The notes below the pieces were generated by a model. That model saw only the letters and a program-made list of their open reading frames with translations. It was not told the origin of the DNA and did not search any database. Shown here piece by piece: positions 8,113 through 16,849 of a DNA stretch of 32,000 nt. Origin of the DNA: Xylanibacter ruminicola 23. GTDB taxonomy: Bacteria > Bacteroidota > Bacteroidia > Bacteroidales > Bacteroidaceae. Position 1 is the stretch's first letter. Each line of letters begins with the position of its first letter. The stretch is taken from assembly GCF_000025925.1 (NCBI RefSeq), contig NC_014033.1, forward strand, positions 3,450,001 through 3,482,000, given 5' to 3'. Position numbers and translations under genes: made by a program.

Positions 8113-8832
8113 TTATTTTCCTAAAAACTTGGTATCGAGATAGGCTTGAAATGCATCTTTATACAAATCGCCTATTGGTAAATAGGTATCGCTATCCATA
8201 ATCACACGGTTCTTATTTACCTCCTGAATCTTGTTCAGGTTGATGATATAAGAGCGGTGAATACGCATAAAGTTGTTGGGCAGATGTTCTTGCATCTTCT
8301 TCATGGATAGGAGTGTGATGATGGGTTTCGCCTCGCCTTCTATCCACACTTTCAGGTATTCGCTCATGGCCTCTACATACCTGATATCGGGGATGCTCAC
8401 CTTTACAATGCGGTAGTCGGTCTTCAGGAAGAGCGAGTCGTCGCTATCGGTAGCAGGCTTGGCTGCAGCTACCGATTCGGTTAGTCGGTCCTTAATCCGG
8501 TTGGCGGCACGTTGCAGATCCTGTAGGCCGAAAGGTTTCAGCAGGTAATCTACGGCATTCACCTTAAATCCCTCAACCGCATACTCTGAGTAGGCGGTGG
8601 TGAATACAATCAGTGGTGGTACCGCCAGCGACTTTACAAAGTCCATACCATTCAGGTCGGGCATGTTGATATCGCAGAAGATGGCATCAACTGTATCGTT
8701 CTCTAAAAACTTGCGGGCTTCTAAGGCACTCTGGCATTGAGCTGCCAGTTGCAGAAATGGCACCTTATTAATATAGGAAACCAGTTGCCCCAGAGCCAAT
8801 GGCTCATCGTCGATAGCTAAACAACGTATCAT
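8113..8832 (-). CDS. LytR/AlgR-family response regulator (receiver + LytTR DNA-binding domain)
   Basis: Receiver motifs are LAIDDEPLA, DINMPDLNG and LLKPF. The C-terminal LytTR-like segment is FMRIHRSYIINLNKI. Confidence 0.9.
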   Translation of the reverse strand: MIRCLAIDDEPLALGQLVSYINKVPFLQLAAQCQSALEARKFLENDTVDAIFCDINMPDLNGMDFVKSLAVPPLIVFTTAYSEYAVEGFKVNAVDYLLKPFGLQDLQRAANRIKDRLTESVAAAKPATDSDDSLFLKTDYRIVKVSIPDIRYVEAMSEYLKVWIEGEAKPIITLLSMKKMQEHLPNNFMRIHRSYIINLNKIQEVNKNRVIMDSDTYLPIGDLYKDAFQAYLDTKFLGK

Positions 8833-9992
8833 AATGGTAATATTAGTTCTACAAAATAGGTATCAGTATCATCTTTGATGCTCAGCGTGTAGTTCTTGTC
8901 ATACAACAAGTCCAGTCGCTTCTTAACGTTCACTAAACCTACACCACCTTTCATTTCATTAGGACGCTCAGCCTTGGAGTTCTTACAGGTAAAGTGCAGG
9001 TGGGTTACCTGAGGCAGTGGCTCGATAAGTTCTACCTTAATATCGATAAACGATTCGTGCTGATAACTCACGCCATGCTTAAAGGCATTCTCGATAAACG
9101 AAATCAGCATCAGGGGTGGAACGGTTTTGTCGGGCACCTGGGTAGGCAGGTCGAGATTAATCTTCACCTTGTCGGTATAACGTAGCTTCATCAGTGTGAT
9201 GTAAGTACGTATAAACTCTAGTTCGCGATTCAAAGGCACACCGCTCTTATCGCCTTCGTAAAGCACAAAGCGCATCATCTTCGACAGTTCAAGGATGGTG
9301 TCCTGTGCCTTGGCTGGATCGATATCTACCAGGGCATGGATATTGTTGAGCGTGTTCATAAAGAAGTGTGGGTTTATCTGATATTTCAGATATTCCAGCT
9401 GCTGCTCCAGATTCTGCTTTTCCAGCTCGTGCAGTTTGCGCTGGTCGCTACGGGTGCGGAAGTAGAGCTTGGAACCAAGGTTGGCACCAAACATCAGCAC
9501 GAGTATGACGGTGGCAATGATGTCGTGAAGTCCTCTGCCCGGTCCCTCTTTGCGCATGAATGGCGGATGGGGCTTTCGGTCATGAAATTCTGGTGGCATT
9601 CTGCGGTCATCGCGATCCATTCTGCGGTCGTCGCGTTCTTGGCGTGGGCCGTTAAAGAATTCGCGTTTTTCTCTTTCAGGGAAAGGCCGTGGATGAGTAT
9701 TCATCTGAACGAACACAAATCCTGTAATCACAATGGTGATGGCCGATAAGTATAGGGTGCGCTTATGCCGCTGGATGAGCAAGGGTGCCAGCAGGAAATT
9801 GTGAAACAGAAACAGCAATAAAAATATAATGAACTTGCCCCAGATAAAGAATACTTCACCCCATTGAAAGCTGAGGTTATCATCGCTCATGGTACGTAGA
9901 TACAGACTTAGTAGCGGAGTTGCAAAGAGCAAACTCCACACTACTAAGTATATCAGGTTTTCTTGTCTCGACTGATTTTTCATCCAATACAT
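8829..9992 (-). CDS. Sensor histidine kinase, LytS/YehU-type (His_kinase + GHKL)
   Basis: It has N-terminal TM helices and the NPHFFMNTLNNI H-box typical of LytS-type kinases. It overlaps the response regulator gene by 4 nt. An alternative start is ATG 9983. Confidence 0.85.
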   Translation of the reverse strand: MYWMKNQSRQENLIYLVVWSLLFATPLLSLYLRTMSDDNLSFQWGEVFFIWGKFIIFLLLFLFHNFLLAPLLIQRHKRTLYLSAITIVITGFVFVQMNTHPRPFPEREKREFFNGPRQERDDRRMDRDDRRMPPEFHDRKPHPPFMRKEGPGRGLHDIIATVILVLMFGANLGSKLYFRTRSDQRKLHELEKQNLEQQLEYLKYQINPHFFMNTLNNIHALVDIDPAKAQDTILELSKMMRFVLYEGDKSGVPLNRELEFIRTYITLMKLRYTDKVKINLDLPTQVPDKTVPPLMLISFIENAFKHGVSYQHESFIDIKVELIEPLPQVTHLHFTCKNSKAERPNEMKGGVGLVNVKKRLDLLYDKNYTLSIKDDTDTYFVELILPL

Positions 9993-10037
9993 TCCAATTA
10001 CTACTATTAATAACGTGAAAATATGCGATTTATTGTG

Positions 10038-11804
10038 TCAGTGCCAACCGCCAGGCCAACCGCCGCCTCCGCCCATGCTATTACCGCCGGTATAGCTGGA
10101 CAGCGAAACGCTGCTTCCACCTGATATGGAACCGCCTGCAATGCCTAAGCCGCCAAAGAAACTGCTACCGCCGCTAACCGATGTGCCCGACTGCAGGGTG
10201 GGGGTAGTGGCTGCTGATACTACAAGCCCGGAACCGCCACTGGATGGGGTGCGGAACGAGAAGGTGTTCTCGCCAACGGTCATGGTGTACCAGGTGTTCT
10301 TGCTCCATGACGACGACTGGTAGCACGACTGTGTAAGACTGCTGCCACTCTCCAGTCCGCCTACGGCCACGATGGTGCCACCGGTGAGATAGAGTTTCTT
10401 GCCGCCTTCGGTATTGGCATCGATGGCCACCTCGGGCTGTCCCGAACAGATGGCATACACCAGTCCGCCTTTCAGATAGATGTTGCCATTGGCATCCAGT
10501 CCGTCGTTGTTCTTGCCCTGTGCATACACATAGCCGCCAGTGATGGTCATGTCGCCTTTCGAGTTGATGGCATCGTCGTAGGCATAGCAAGCCACCTCGC
10601 CACCGCTGATGTTCAGCTGGCTCTTGGTCTCGATGCCCTCGCCGTTATAGCCGCTGGTGCGCACCCAGATGGTACCGCCGCTGATGTTGATATCACCATC
10701 CACCTTGATACCCTTAGGCGATGAGGTGTCGTTGTTGCTCTTATACTGTCCGCCTTCGGTCACCACATACACGTTGCCGCCATTAAAGTTGGCATCCATA
10801 TCTACGTTGATGCCTTTGCCGCCGCTGCCAGTGCTCTTGAGCCATAACTCGCCAGCATTGATGGTAAAGGTAGAGTCGGCCTTGATGCCGGCAGCCCCTT
10901 TGGCCTCCTGATCGTCGGTGTCGTAGGTGCCGTCGCCAGTGGTGATGACGGTGGTGCGACCGCCGTTAACCACGATGTTACTCTCGCAGTTAATACCTTT
11001 GGCTGCTGCCGCCGTTACCTCTACGTTGATGATACCGCCGTTGATAAACACACCGTCGTTGGCTTTGATACCATGGTTGACGGTTGATTTGGCGTAGATG
11101 TTGTTGCCTTTGCGAAACACAATGTAGTCGGCCGAGTGGATGGCATTGTTGGTATTGCCGACAACACTTAGCTGTCCGCTGCCGTTAAACAGTAGTTTTC
11201 CCTTGCAGTAGAGTGCTCCCTTTTGGCTGCCACTCGTACCATCGGTCAGTGTATTGCTGGTGCCGTCGACTAATACGATATAGGCGCGCTTGCCGCTCAG
11301 CAGATTCAGGGCTGCCGAGTCGGGATTGGTGATATTTACACCATTCAGCTTTATTTCGTACTTCTTGTCGCCTACAACGGTAAACGATCCGTTGCTGGTG
11401 GTGCCGCTCAGTACATAGCAGATGTTTTTGGTAGAGCCGTGATTGGCTGTGATATGTCCGCCGTTCACGGTTATCTCTACGCCGTTCTCGGTCTTAGCTG
11501 TGGGGCTGGCCATATCGATGGCAACCTCGGTGGTAAAAGTACTGTTTTCCAGAGCGTCTTCCTCGTCGGGCATGTACTCTGTAGCCGCATCAGTTGGTTC
11601 GGCCGATGTCTGGTCGATGTTTACGGTAAATGTGGTTAGATCGCCAGTGGTGGTCGAACTGCCGCTGCTATTCTCGCTGGGAGTGTCGTTGCCCCAGTTA
11701 TCTCCCCAACTGTTAGTGTAATCGCTGAATGGGTCGCCGGCCGAACAGCTTATCAAAAGTGCTACCGATGCCACCTGCATCATTCTGGTCATTGCTTTTT
11801 TCAT
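10038..11804 (-). CDS. Secreted lipoprotein with right-handed beta-helix-type repeats (Cthe_2159-like carbohydrate-binding family suspected)
   Basis: The lipobox is LLISCSAG. Long runs of G/N/T-rich ~22-25-aa repeats are present (NGG..I...G..). The C-terminus is Gly-rich (GGGGGWPGGWH). The family assignment is from memory only. Confidence 0.5.
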   Translation of the reverse strand: MKKAMTRMMQVASVALLISCSAGDPFSDYTNSWGDNWGNDTPSENSSGSSTTTGDLTTFTVNIDQTSAEPTDAATEYMPDEEDALENSTFTTEVAIDMASPTAKTENGVEITVNGGHITANHGSTKNICYVLSGTTSNGSFTVVGDKKYEIKLNGVNITNPDSAALNLLSGKRAYIVLVDGTSNTLTDGTSGSQKGALYCKGKLLFNGSGQLSVVGNTNNAIHSADYIVFRKGNNIYAKSTVNHGIKANDGVFINGGIINVEVTAAAAKGINCESNIVVNGGRTTVITTGDGTYDTDDQEAKGAAGIKADSTFTINAGELWLKSTGSGGKGINVDMDANFNGGNVYVVTEGGQYKSNNDTSSPKGIKVDGDINISGGTIWVRTSGYNGEGIETKSQLNISGGEVACYAYDDAINSKGDMTITGGYVYAQGKNNDGLDANGNIYLKGGLVYAICSGQPEVAIDANTEGGKKLYLTGGTIVAVGGLESGSSLTQSCYQSSSWSKNTWYTMTVGENTFSFRTPSSGGSGLVVSAATTPTLQSGTSVSGGSSFFGGLGIAGGSISGGSSVSLSSYTGGNSMGGGGGWPGGWH

Positions 11805-11837
11805 GTTTTAATGCGTTTTAGTGAATTATTTGGTGTG

Positions 11838-11845
11838 CAAAGGTA
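11838..11845 (-). promoter_or_regulatory. -7 promoter box (TACCTTTG on the minus strand)
   Basis: The plus strand reads caaaggta, 34 nt upstream of ATG 11804. Confidence 0.5.
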
Positions 11846-11907
11846 GCATGATGAGGCCGATCCGCCAAAAAAAATCAGCGAACCGGCCAAAACAAATTAC
11901 AAAATGC

Positions 11908-12354
11908 CTACTTGATGGTTATCCACACAGCCTCGCCGCGGTCTTTGGCCTCTACAATCTTATGCTTCAGACGGTGCAGCCAGATGCGGCTGTCAACTAC
12001 TTGCCCCACCAGCTTGTTCTTGCCAACAAGAATGCAGCCTTCGGTGTCGGCGGCCGTATTGCCCGTGTGGATGCGTATGCCCTCAAATTTTGGCACGCCG
12101 AGCAGGATGGGGAGCCACTGCCCGAACTTGGGGCTCCAACTGATTACCACGGCATATCGGCCTTCGGGTATGGCGGAGCGGCCTTTCACTTTGTAGGCTC
12201 CGTGGGCATAGTCGCGCCAGGTGGGTTCCAGCGTGTCGCAGAAGTACTGGTTCTCCGTGCCTGCCAGATACTCGTCGTCCACGTGTCGCTGAATGTAAAT
12301 ATGCCCAATGGTGTAAGTTTTGCGTTTTGCTATACGCTCTAGAATCAATTCCAT
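11908..12354 (-). CDS. DUF5675-like protein (possible YkuD-like cell-wall enzyme fold)
   Basis: The motif pattern CDTLEP...[11 protein letters not shown]...[19 protein letters not shown] matches my recollection of DUF5675. The H-x-G...G-C arrangement resembles L,D-transpeptidase catalytic motifs. Confidence 0.6.
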   Translation of the reverse strand: MELILERIAKRKTYTIGHIYIQRHVDDEYLAGTENQYFCDTLEPTWRDYAHGAYKVKGRSAIPEGRYAVVISWSPKFGQWLPILLGVPKFEGIRIHTGNTAADTEGCILVGKNKLVGQVVDSRIWLHRLKHKIVEAKDRGEAVWITIK

Positions 12355-12368
12355 AATTTTTGAATGTG

Positions 12369-12403
12369 CTTAATGTTACATTGTTGCAAAGTTACTTTGT
12401 GAC
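12369..12403. repeat. Left arm of a 35-nt inverted repeat (partner at 29658-29692); carries the DUF5675 promoter
   Basis: The reverse complement gtcacaaagtaactttgcaacaatgtaacattaag matches gtcacattgtaactttgtaacaatgtaacattaag in 32 of 35 positions. It contains the TAACTTTG -7 box (12387-12394, minus strand). Confidence 0.85.
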
Positions 12404-12414
12404 AAAGCGGAAGC

Positions 12415-12455
12415 CAATTTTTACATTTTTACATTTTTAATTTTTACATTTTTCC
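12415..12455. repeat. Tandem 8-nt A/T-tract repeats (atttttac)n; inverted partner at 30739-30766
   Basis: The units are atttttac x2, atttttaa, tttttac and atttttcc. The reverse complement of 12415-12437 matches 30744-30766 in 22 of 23 positions. The array overlaps the last codons of the 768-aa gene. Confidence 0.8.
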
Positions 12456-14743
12456 TTCCTCCAGTGGTGGCGGTCGGTCTTGGTGATCCACCCGTCGCGG
12501 CTCCAGCGTGAGATGATCATGCGCAGGGCCGATTCCGAGCAGTAGCCGCGCTTCAGCGCTCGCAGGTCGTCGATGGTGAAGCTGGGTGCCAACTGGTCGA
12601 ACACGCTGTGGTTGGTGCCATATCGCTTACACTCTTCGCTGGCTTCTACATACTGGTTCTGCAGGGCATCGCCGAAGGTCTTGATTTGCTGCATCAGACA
12701 GTAGTCGGCCATCATCAGGGCAAAATCCAGGCATTGTTTCGATTCTTTATCCTTGCCGCTCAAAAGATGGAATATCACCCCACAACGGAAACCAATCACG
12801 GCAGCACGTTTACGATAGGTGTCCTTCACATGGTCGATGTCCTTGGCCGCTTCTACGCGCTTCTGCTCCACCCAGTCCTCGATAGCCTTGCGCAGGCGGG
12901 GGGTATCCACAAGTCCGCTGTATGAGCGAAGCCGGCTTACTGCTTCTTGTATTCTGGCTTCGTCGTCGGCCGACCGACGGCCAAACTTGGGCATCTTCGA
13001 AAAACTGGAGTCGGGCATTTCTGCCACGAGGATACGAGAAGAAAGACCGTTCTCGATATTATCCGACTTGAAGCATTTCCTCATGGCCCCATTGGTTCCA
13101 AGCATCGTCCAGTTATAGGCTACTTTCACCACGCCCGACTCTGCGGCATCCGAGTTGTAATCCTGGCCCCATTCACCTTTATCAAAGCTCAGACGATAGA
13201 TGTCGTACTTCGAACTCCAGGAGCCAGCACCATTCGTTTTCCTGAGGGTGTCAAGTTCCTCTCCGAACGAGTAGATAGTGTGTCCCTGGGCATTTTTGAA
13301 ACGCTTCAAAAGGGTTGAACACGAAACTGTTACGGGTACCATCCGGATTAGAACCTTTGGATCTTCAGGAGCCTTCTCGTTGGCCTTGCGACCTTTTTTG
13401 CGCTCCTTCCATTCCTCCTCACGTTTGCGGGCAAGGGCATCTTCTTCGTCGAACTGACGCTTCCAAATGTCAACGGCATTCTTCACCACGCTTTTGTTAG
13501 AGGCCTGCTCGCCACGGATAATCGACATAAGTCCAAGGTGCTGCAAATTGCCGTCGCAATATTGAATCTGAACTTGATCGGCGTAAGCCGCTGCTATTGG
13601 CAATACACCGCAGAGCACGGGCATGTGCATCGTAACCGGTACACCCGCAAGGCTCTCTTTCAAACCAATGGGCAGAACCTTTACATTCACCTTTGCTCCA
13701 GTCTCGGCAGCCACCACCTCGGCATCCTCGATTTCATCCGATGAGATACCCATTTCGAGCGCACTCACAATCTGATCAATCAGCCGCGACCCTTTGGTTG
13801 GCTCCTTACAGGCCGAGTGGATAATGCCTCGCATCTCCTGATCCGACAACCCGTACTTGGGCATCACCTCGAGCAACCAATCCTTGTTATTATCACAGAT
13901 GGCACGAAGATTAGCAGCCAACTGATGGAGTCGTTTATTCCGCTCGCCCTCTGATGGTTCACCACCTGTTCGGCGCCAGTACTCACAGATAATAGAGGTA
14001 TAAGGCACGCCCTTGAACTCTGCAGGGTGATTAGCCGGATGATCGGTTAGATGATCGGCACCTTCTCCCTCGGGATCATAGTAGCTACCATCCTCCGTAC
14101 GACCATCAATCGAAAGCCCTCTATCGGTATAGGCCTTTCTCCTCGCGGCCACCTCTTGCTCTGAAAGCTGAGCGTACCAGCCATCGGCACGATAAATCTC
14201 AAAATCGGCAGGCGAAATATAGATGAACCTCTCTGGGGTAAAGCAGCTGGTATCACAGGCAACACCAAGAGCCTTACAATATTCGCGCTGTGCTTCGGGC
14301 ACCGTCATACCCAACGGCAGACGAATATCAATGTGCAGTTTACGGCGGATGGAGTAATCCTTATGAAGCATCAGCCCCTGCCACTTTCCACCTGCCTCGA
14401 TATCGAGCCGTTCCGACATCTTGTTGGCCTTTTCCACCAACTCAGGGTCGTCGATATCGATGCAAGTCTGCCAAGTGAAACTCTCTGCCACGATGTGCTC
14501 ACGGTCGCGATAGTCGTCACGGAACTGGGTGTAGTGCGGACAACGGAATGGCAGCCACGACTTTAATTTACGCTGCTGTTCGTCGTCGTCAGTTAAATTG
14601 ATACGTTCTGCCATCTGTTTCAGTCGAGGTGACTGAGTAAGTGCATCGTAGTCGTGGAGCGGGCATTCTTTCACGAATGCCCTGGTTTGCTCCTTAGTCT
14701 GACGTGCGTTGAGTGCTATCAGTCGCTCCAAAATCATTTCCAT
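12437..14743 (-). CDS. Primase-type replication protein (VirE_N/BT4734-like N-terminal domain with a large DUF3987-like C-terminal region)
   Basis: The N-terminal pattern KLKSWLPFRCPHY...TCIDIDD resembles the BT4734/VirE N-terminal domain common in Bacteroidales mobile elements. No canonical Walker A motif was seen. Confidence 0.55.
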   Translation of the reverse strand: MEMILERLIALNARQTKEQTRAFVKECPLHDYDALTQSPRLKQMAERINLTDDDEQQRKLKSWLPFRCPHYTQFRDDYRDREHIVAESFTWQTCIDIDDPELVEKANKMSERLDIEAGGKWQGLMLHKDYSIRRKLHIDIRLPLGMTVPEAQREYCKALGVACDTSCFTPERFIYISPADFEIYRADGWYAQLSEQEVAARRKAYTDRGLSIDGRTEDGSYYDPEGEGADHLTDHPANHPAEFKGVPYTSIICEYWRRTGGEPSEGERNKRLHQLAANLRAICDNNKDWLLEVMPKYGLSDQEMRGIIHSACKEPTKGSRLIDQIVSALEMGISSDEIEDAEVVAAETGAKVNVKVLPIGLKESLAGVPVTMHMPVLCGVLPIAAAYADQVQIQYCDGNLQHLGLMSIIRGEQASNKSVVKNAVDIWKRQFDEEDALARKREEEWKERKKGRKANEKAPEDPKVLIRMVPVTVSCSTLLKRFKNAQGHTIYSFGEELDTLRKTNGAGSWSSKYDIYRLSFDKGEWGQDYNSDAAESGVVKVAYNWTMLGTNGAMRKCFKSDNIENGLSSRILVAEMPDSSFSKMPKFGRRSADDEARIQEAVSRLRSYSGLVDTPRLRKAIEDWVEQKRVEAAKDIDHVKDTYRKRAAVIGFRCGVIFHLLSGKDKESKQCLDFALMMADYCLMQQIKTFGDALQNQYVEASEECKRYGTNHSVFDQLAPSFTIDDLRALKRGYCSESALRMIISRWSRDGWITKTDRHHWRKEKCKN

Positions 14744-15198
14744 ATTGTTTCCTCCTTTCTGGTTTTAAAGTACGACATAATCTCGTCGGCCTCCTCTTCG
14801 TAGAGAGCCTTGGTGAGCGCCAGTCCGTATTTCTTCGGGAACTTAAAGGTTACGTATACGAACTCCCTGTCTAATCTGCGTTCACCAGCTTTGTGACTAT
14901 TGTTGCTGCGCTTGCGGAATATGGGGCGTGTTATCTTCACGGCACCGTGAGCAGTCTCGAAGAGTGTATCGTGGAGCGGCCCTTTTGTGCCGTCCTTGTA
15001 GCGCTTCACTCTGGTGCGCCCGTCGGCATCCACCTCGATGCCTGCACGATAGCTCACTCGGCTGCCGTCGGTTACCTGCTTCTCATCCTCCCATGGGCAT
15101 GGATACACGTTGATATCTCCGTTGGTCATGAAGTTAATACTTGCATCCATCTGGATAGCGTTATTCAAAATCTGTTCTTGAAATTTCTGTGGATTCAT
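14734..15198 (-). CDS. Hypothetical protein (154 aa)
   Basis: An intact ORF whose end overlaps the primase-type gene start by 10 nt, implying translational coupling. No motif was recognised. Confidence 0.55.
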   Translation of the reverse strand: MNPQKFQEQILNNAIQMDASINFMTNGDINVYPCPWEDEKQVTDGSRVSYRAGIEVDADGRTRVKRYKDGTKGPLHDTLFETAHGAVKITRPIFRKRSNNSHKAGERRLDREFVYVTFKFPKKYGLALTKALYEEEADEIMSYFKTRKEETIWK

Positions 15199-15304
15199 TT
15201 TCTGAAACTTTAGCGAGACCGGGCAAGTGCTGAAATTGGATCCTTTTCACTCGCGAGACTTCCCTCATCCTGCTTTCGTCTCAGATTAAACTTAGTGTTA
15301 CTTT

Positions 15305-15460
15305 TTAGCGATTAAGAAACTGAACGTAGAAAGGCTGCTGTCCTCCTCTGCCCGTTCTTCTACTCAGCATCCTGCACTTGTTCATCAGCGCCATCTGCTG
15401 TCGAGCCTGATTCTTCAATCTGTCGTAGAGTCGCTTACCTTGCATTAAATCTCTTGCCAT
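15305..15460 (-). CDS. Small basic hypothetical protein (51 aa), below the ORF-track size cut-off
   Basis: My hand translation is MARDLMQGKRLYDRLKNQARQQMALMNKCRMLSRRTGRGGQQPFYVQFLNR*. It is the first ORF downstream of the minus-strand -7 box at 15529-15536. Confidence 0.35.
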   Translation of the reverse strand: MARDLMQGKRLYDRLKNQARQQMALMNKCRMLSRRTGRGGQQPFYVQFLNR

Positions 15461-15528
15461 AATTATAATGGTGTACTCACAGGGCTTAACCTCCGCACCG
15501 TTGCATCTGGTTTTCTGTTTTCCGAGTG

Positions 15529-15536
15529 CAAAGGTA
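15529..15536 (-). promoter_or_regulatory. -7 promoter box (TACCTTTG on the minus strand)
   Basis: The plus strand reads caaaggta. It lies immediately downstream of the terminator of the preceding operon. Confidence 0.5.
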
Positions 15537-15550
15537 CGGCAACCTACATG

Positions 15551-15585
15551 AAAAAACCTGCTACGTAGTAGGTACGCGTAGCAGG
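15551..15585 (-). terminator. Intrinsic terminator of the three-gene operon
   Basis: cctgctacg (15557-15565) pairs with cgtagcagg (15577-15585). On the minus strand the hairpin is followed by TTTTTT (15551-15556). Confidence 0.7.
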
Positions 15586-15611
15586 TACGATGTTTTGCAA
15601 AAAGCTGATAA

Positions 15612-16088
15612 TCAGCCTAATACATTTTTCAGTTTGTCTTGGTATTTTAGAGACTTCTTCTGATCTAAAGCTTTGTTGAAATACGAACGCAGTGTTTCTG
15701 GCCTTTCGTTCCACAACATCCCGAATACTTGCCATACATCGTTAATCTTCAACTTATCGCAAACGTTTTTGGCCAGCAATGCCCGTTCAGAACAGCTCAG
15801 CCCGTTAGCCTGCCATTCCTCAGTCAGCATGCCAGCATCCACCAGTTTGTCCATCAGCTCTTCAGCCTCTTCTGTCTTCAGCCTCTCGGGTATCACTCCA
15901 TCCGCTGCATCTGGGTTTGATGAGGCTTCGGCCGCATTGCCATTGTTAATCTGGATACCGATGCCTCCAGGCTCTATGTTTCCAAACTCGTTTTCCACAT
16001 ATTTCACGGCCACTACATCGCCCTTGAAGTTACTTAGGTCGAACCCTTCGGTAGCCGCCTTTATCAGTTCTTTGATGTCTATATCCAT
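15612..16088 (-). CDS. Hypothetical protein (158 aa), third gene of a coupled operon
   Basis: Its start overlaps the upstream stop (TAATG). The N-terminal motif YVENEFGNIEPGGIGIQ resembles the C-terminal motif of the upstream protein. Confidence 0.7.
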   Translation of the reverse strand: MDIDIKELIKAATEGFDLSNFKGDVVAVKYVENEFGNIEPGGIGIQINNGNAAEASSNPDAADGVIPERLKTEEAEELMDKLVDAGMLTEEWQANGLSCSERALLAKNVCDKLKINDVWQVFGMLWNERPETLRSYFNKALDQKKSLKYQDKLKNVLG

Positions 16089-16849
16089 TATTCCTTTTTT
16101 ATTTCCTTAATTACACCAGTGCCGCCAGCCTCTATATTCTGGATCTCAGTATCCACAACCTTTGTGTTTACATATTCCTTTGGCTTTATGATAGTGGAAC
16201 TTTTTATACCAAACTTGTCATACAGGGCTATAACTTCTTTGTCATAAGCATGGTTGTGTTCGATGTTATAACGATTAATAAACAGCAGATTCCCCTTAAT
16301 GGATTCTTTGTCCATTTTGTCGGAACATGCTGCCATGTAGGCAAACAGCTGTTTGATTTCTTCCGATCCGCCGCCATCCAGCTTTATCTCTTGCAGTTCA
16401 TAGTCCAACAGATTTGTTTTCTTGCCTTCCAGCCAACGAGCATCCTCCTTATTAGTCATTTTTTCGATGAGAGGCCACATCAGTTCGTGACCGTCTAAAT
16501 GCTCGAAGATGTGGAGGATAATCTTTCGGATATCTATGTTCGCATATTTTTTGTTCAGGGCTTGCAATTGGACTGTGGCTAATACCAGGATGAGCATGGC
16601 ATCATTATCTCCCTCGGCTTCATCCTCCAAATCCTCAATCTCATATTCTAAGCCTTCGTCGATGTCTGGTAAAGCCAGTACTTCGTGGCAAAAGTTTTGG
16701 GCAGACAAGACAACTTCGGCGGGTGACAATTCTGTATGCCCATCGCGTTGCATTTGCTTTAGTGCATCTTGACTGATGATATATACCACATCAGCGAGCA
16801 GCTGATGACGGGCTGGTTTCTGTTGCTCCTTTTCTAACCTTACTATCAT
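16088..16849 (-). CDS. Hypothetical acidic protein (253 aa), second gene of a coupled operon
   Basis: It overlaps the upstream gene by 4 nt (ATGA). It has an acidic block, EIEDLEDEAEGDND. The C-terminus reads VVDTEIQNIEAGGTGVIKEI. Confidence 0.7.
   Translation of the reverse strand: MIVRLEKEQQKPARHQLLADVVYIISQDALKQMQRDGHTELSPAEVVLSAQNFCHEVLALPDIDEGLEYEIEDLEDEAEGDNDAMLILVLATVQLQALNKKYANIDIRKIILHIFEHLDGHELMWPLIEKMTNKEDARWLEGKKTNLLDYELQEIKLDGGGSEEIKQLFAYMAACSDKMDKESIKGNLLFINRYNIEHNHAYDKEVIALYDKFGIKSSTIIKPKEYVNTKVVDTEIQNIEAGGTGVIKEIKKE

Noticed and set aside
10126-11721. Several 65-138-aa ORFs on both strands inside the beta-helix lipoprotein gene
   Set aside because: They are shadow ORFs caused by GC-rich repetitive codons (Gly/Arg/Pro-rich translations). 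The 588-aa frame has a lipobox signal and a coherent repeat architecture.
11821-12342. 173-aa and 94-aa plus-strand ORFs opposite the DUF5675 gene
   Set aside because: They are antisense to a CDS with recognisable family motifs and a correctly placed promoter. The 173-aa ORF also begins inside the lipoprotein promoter region.
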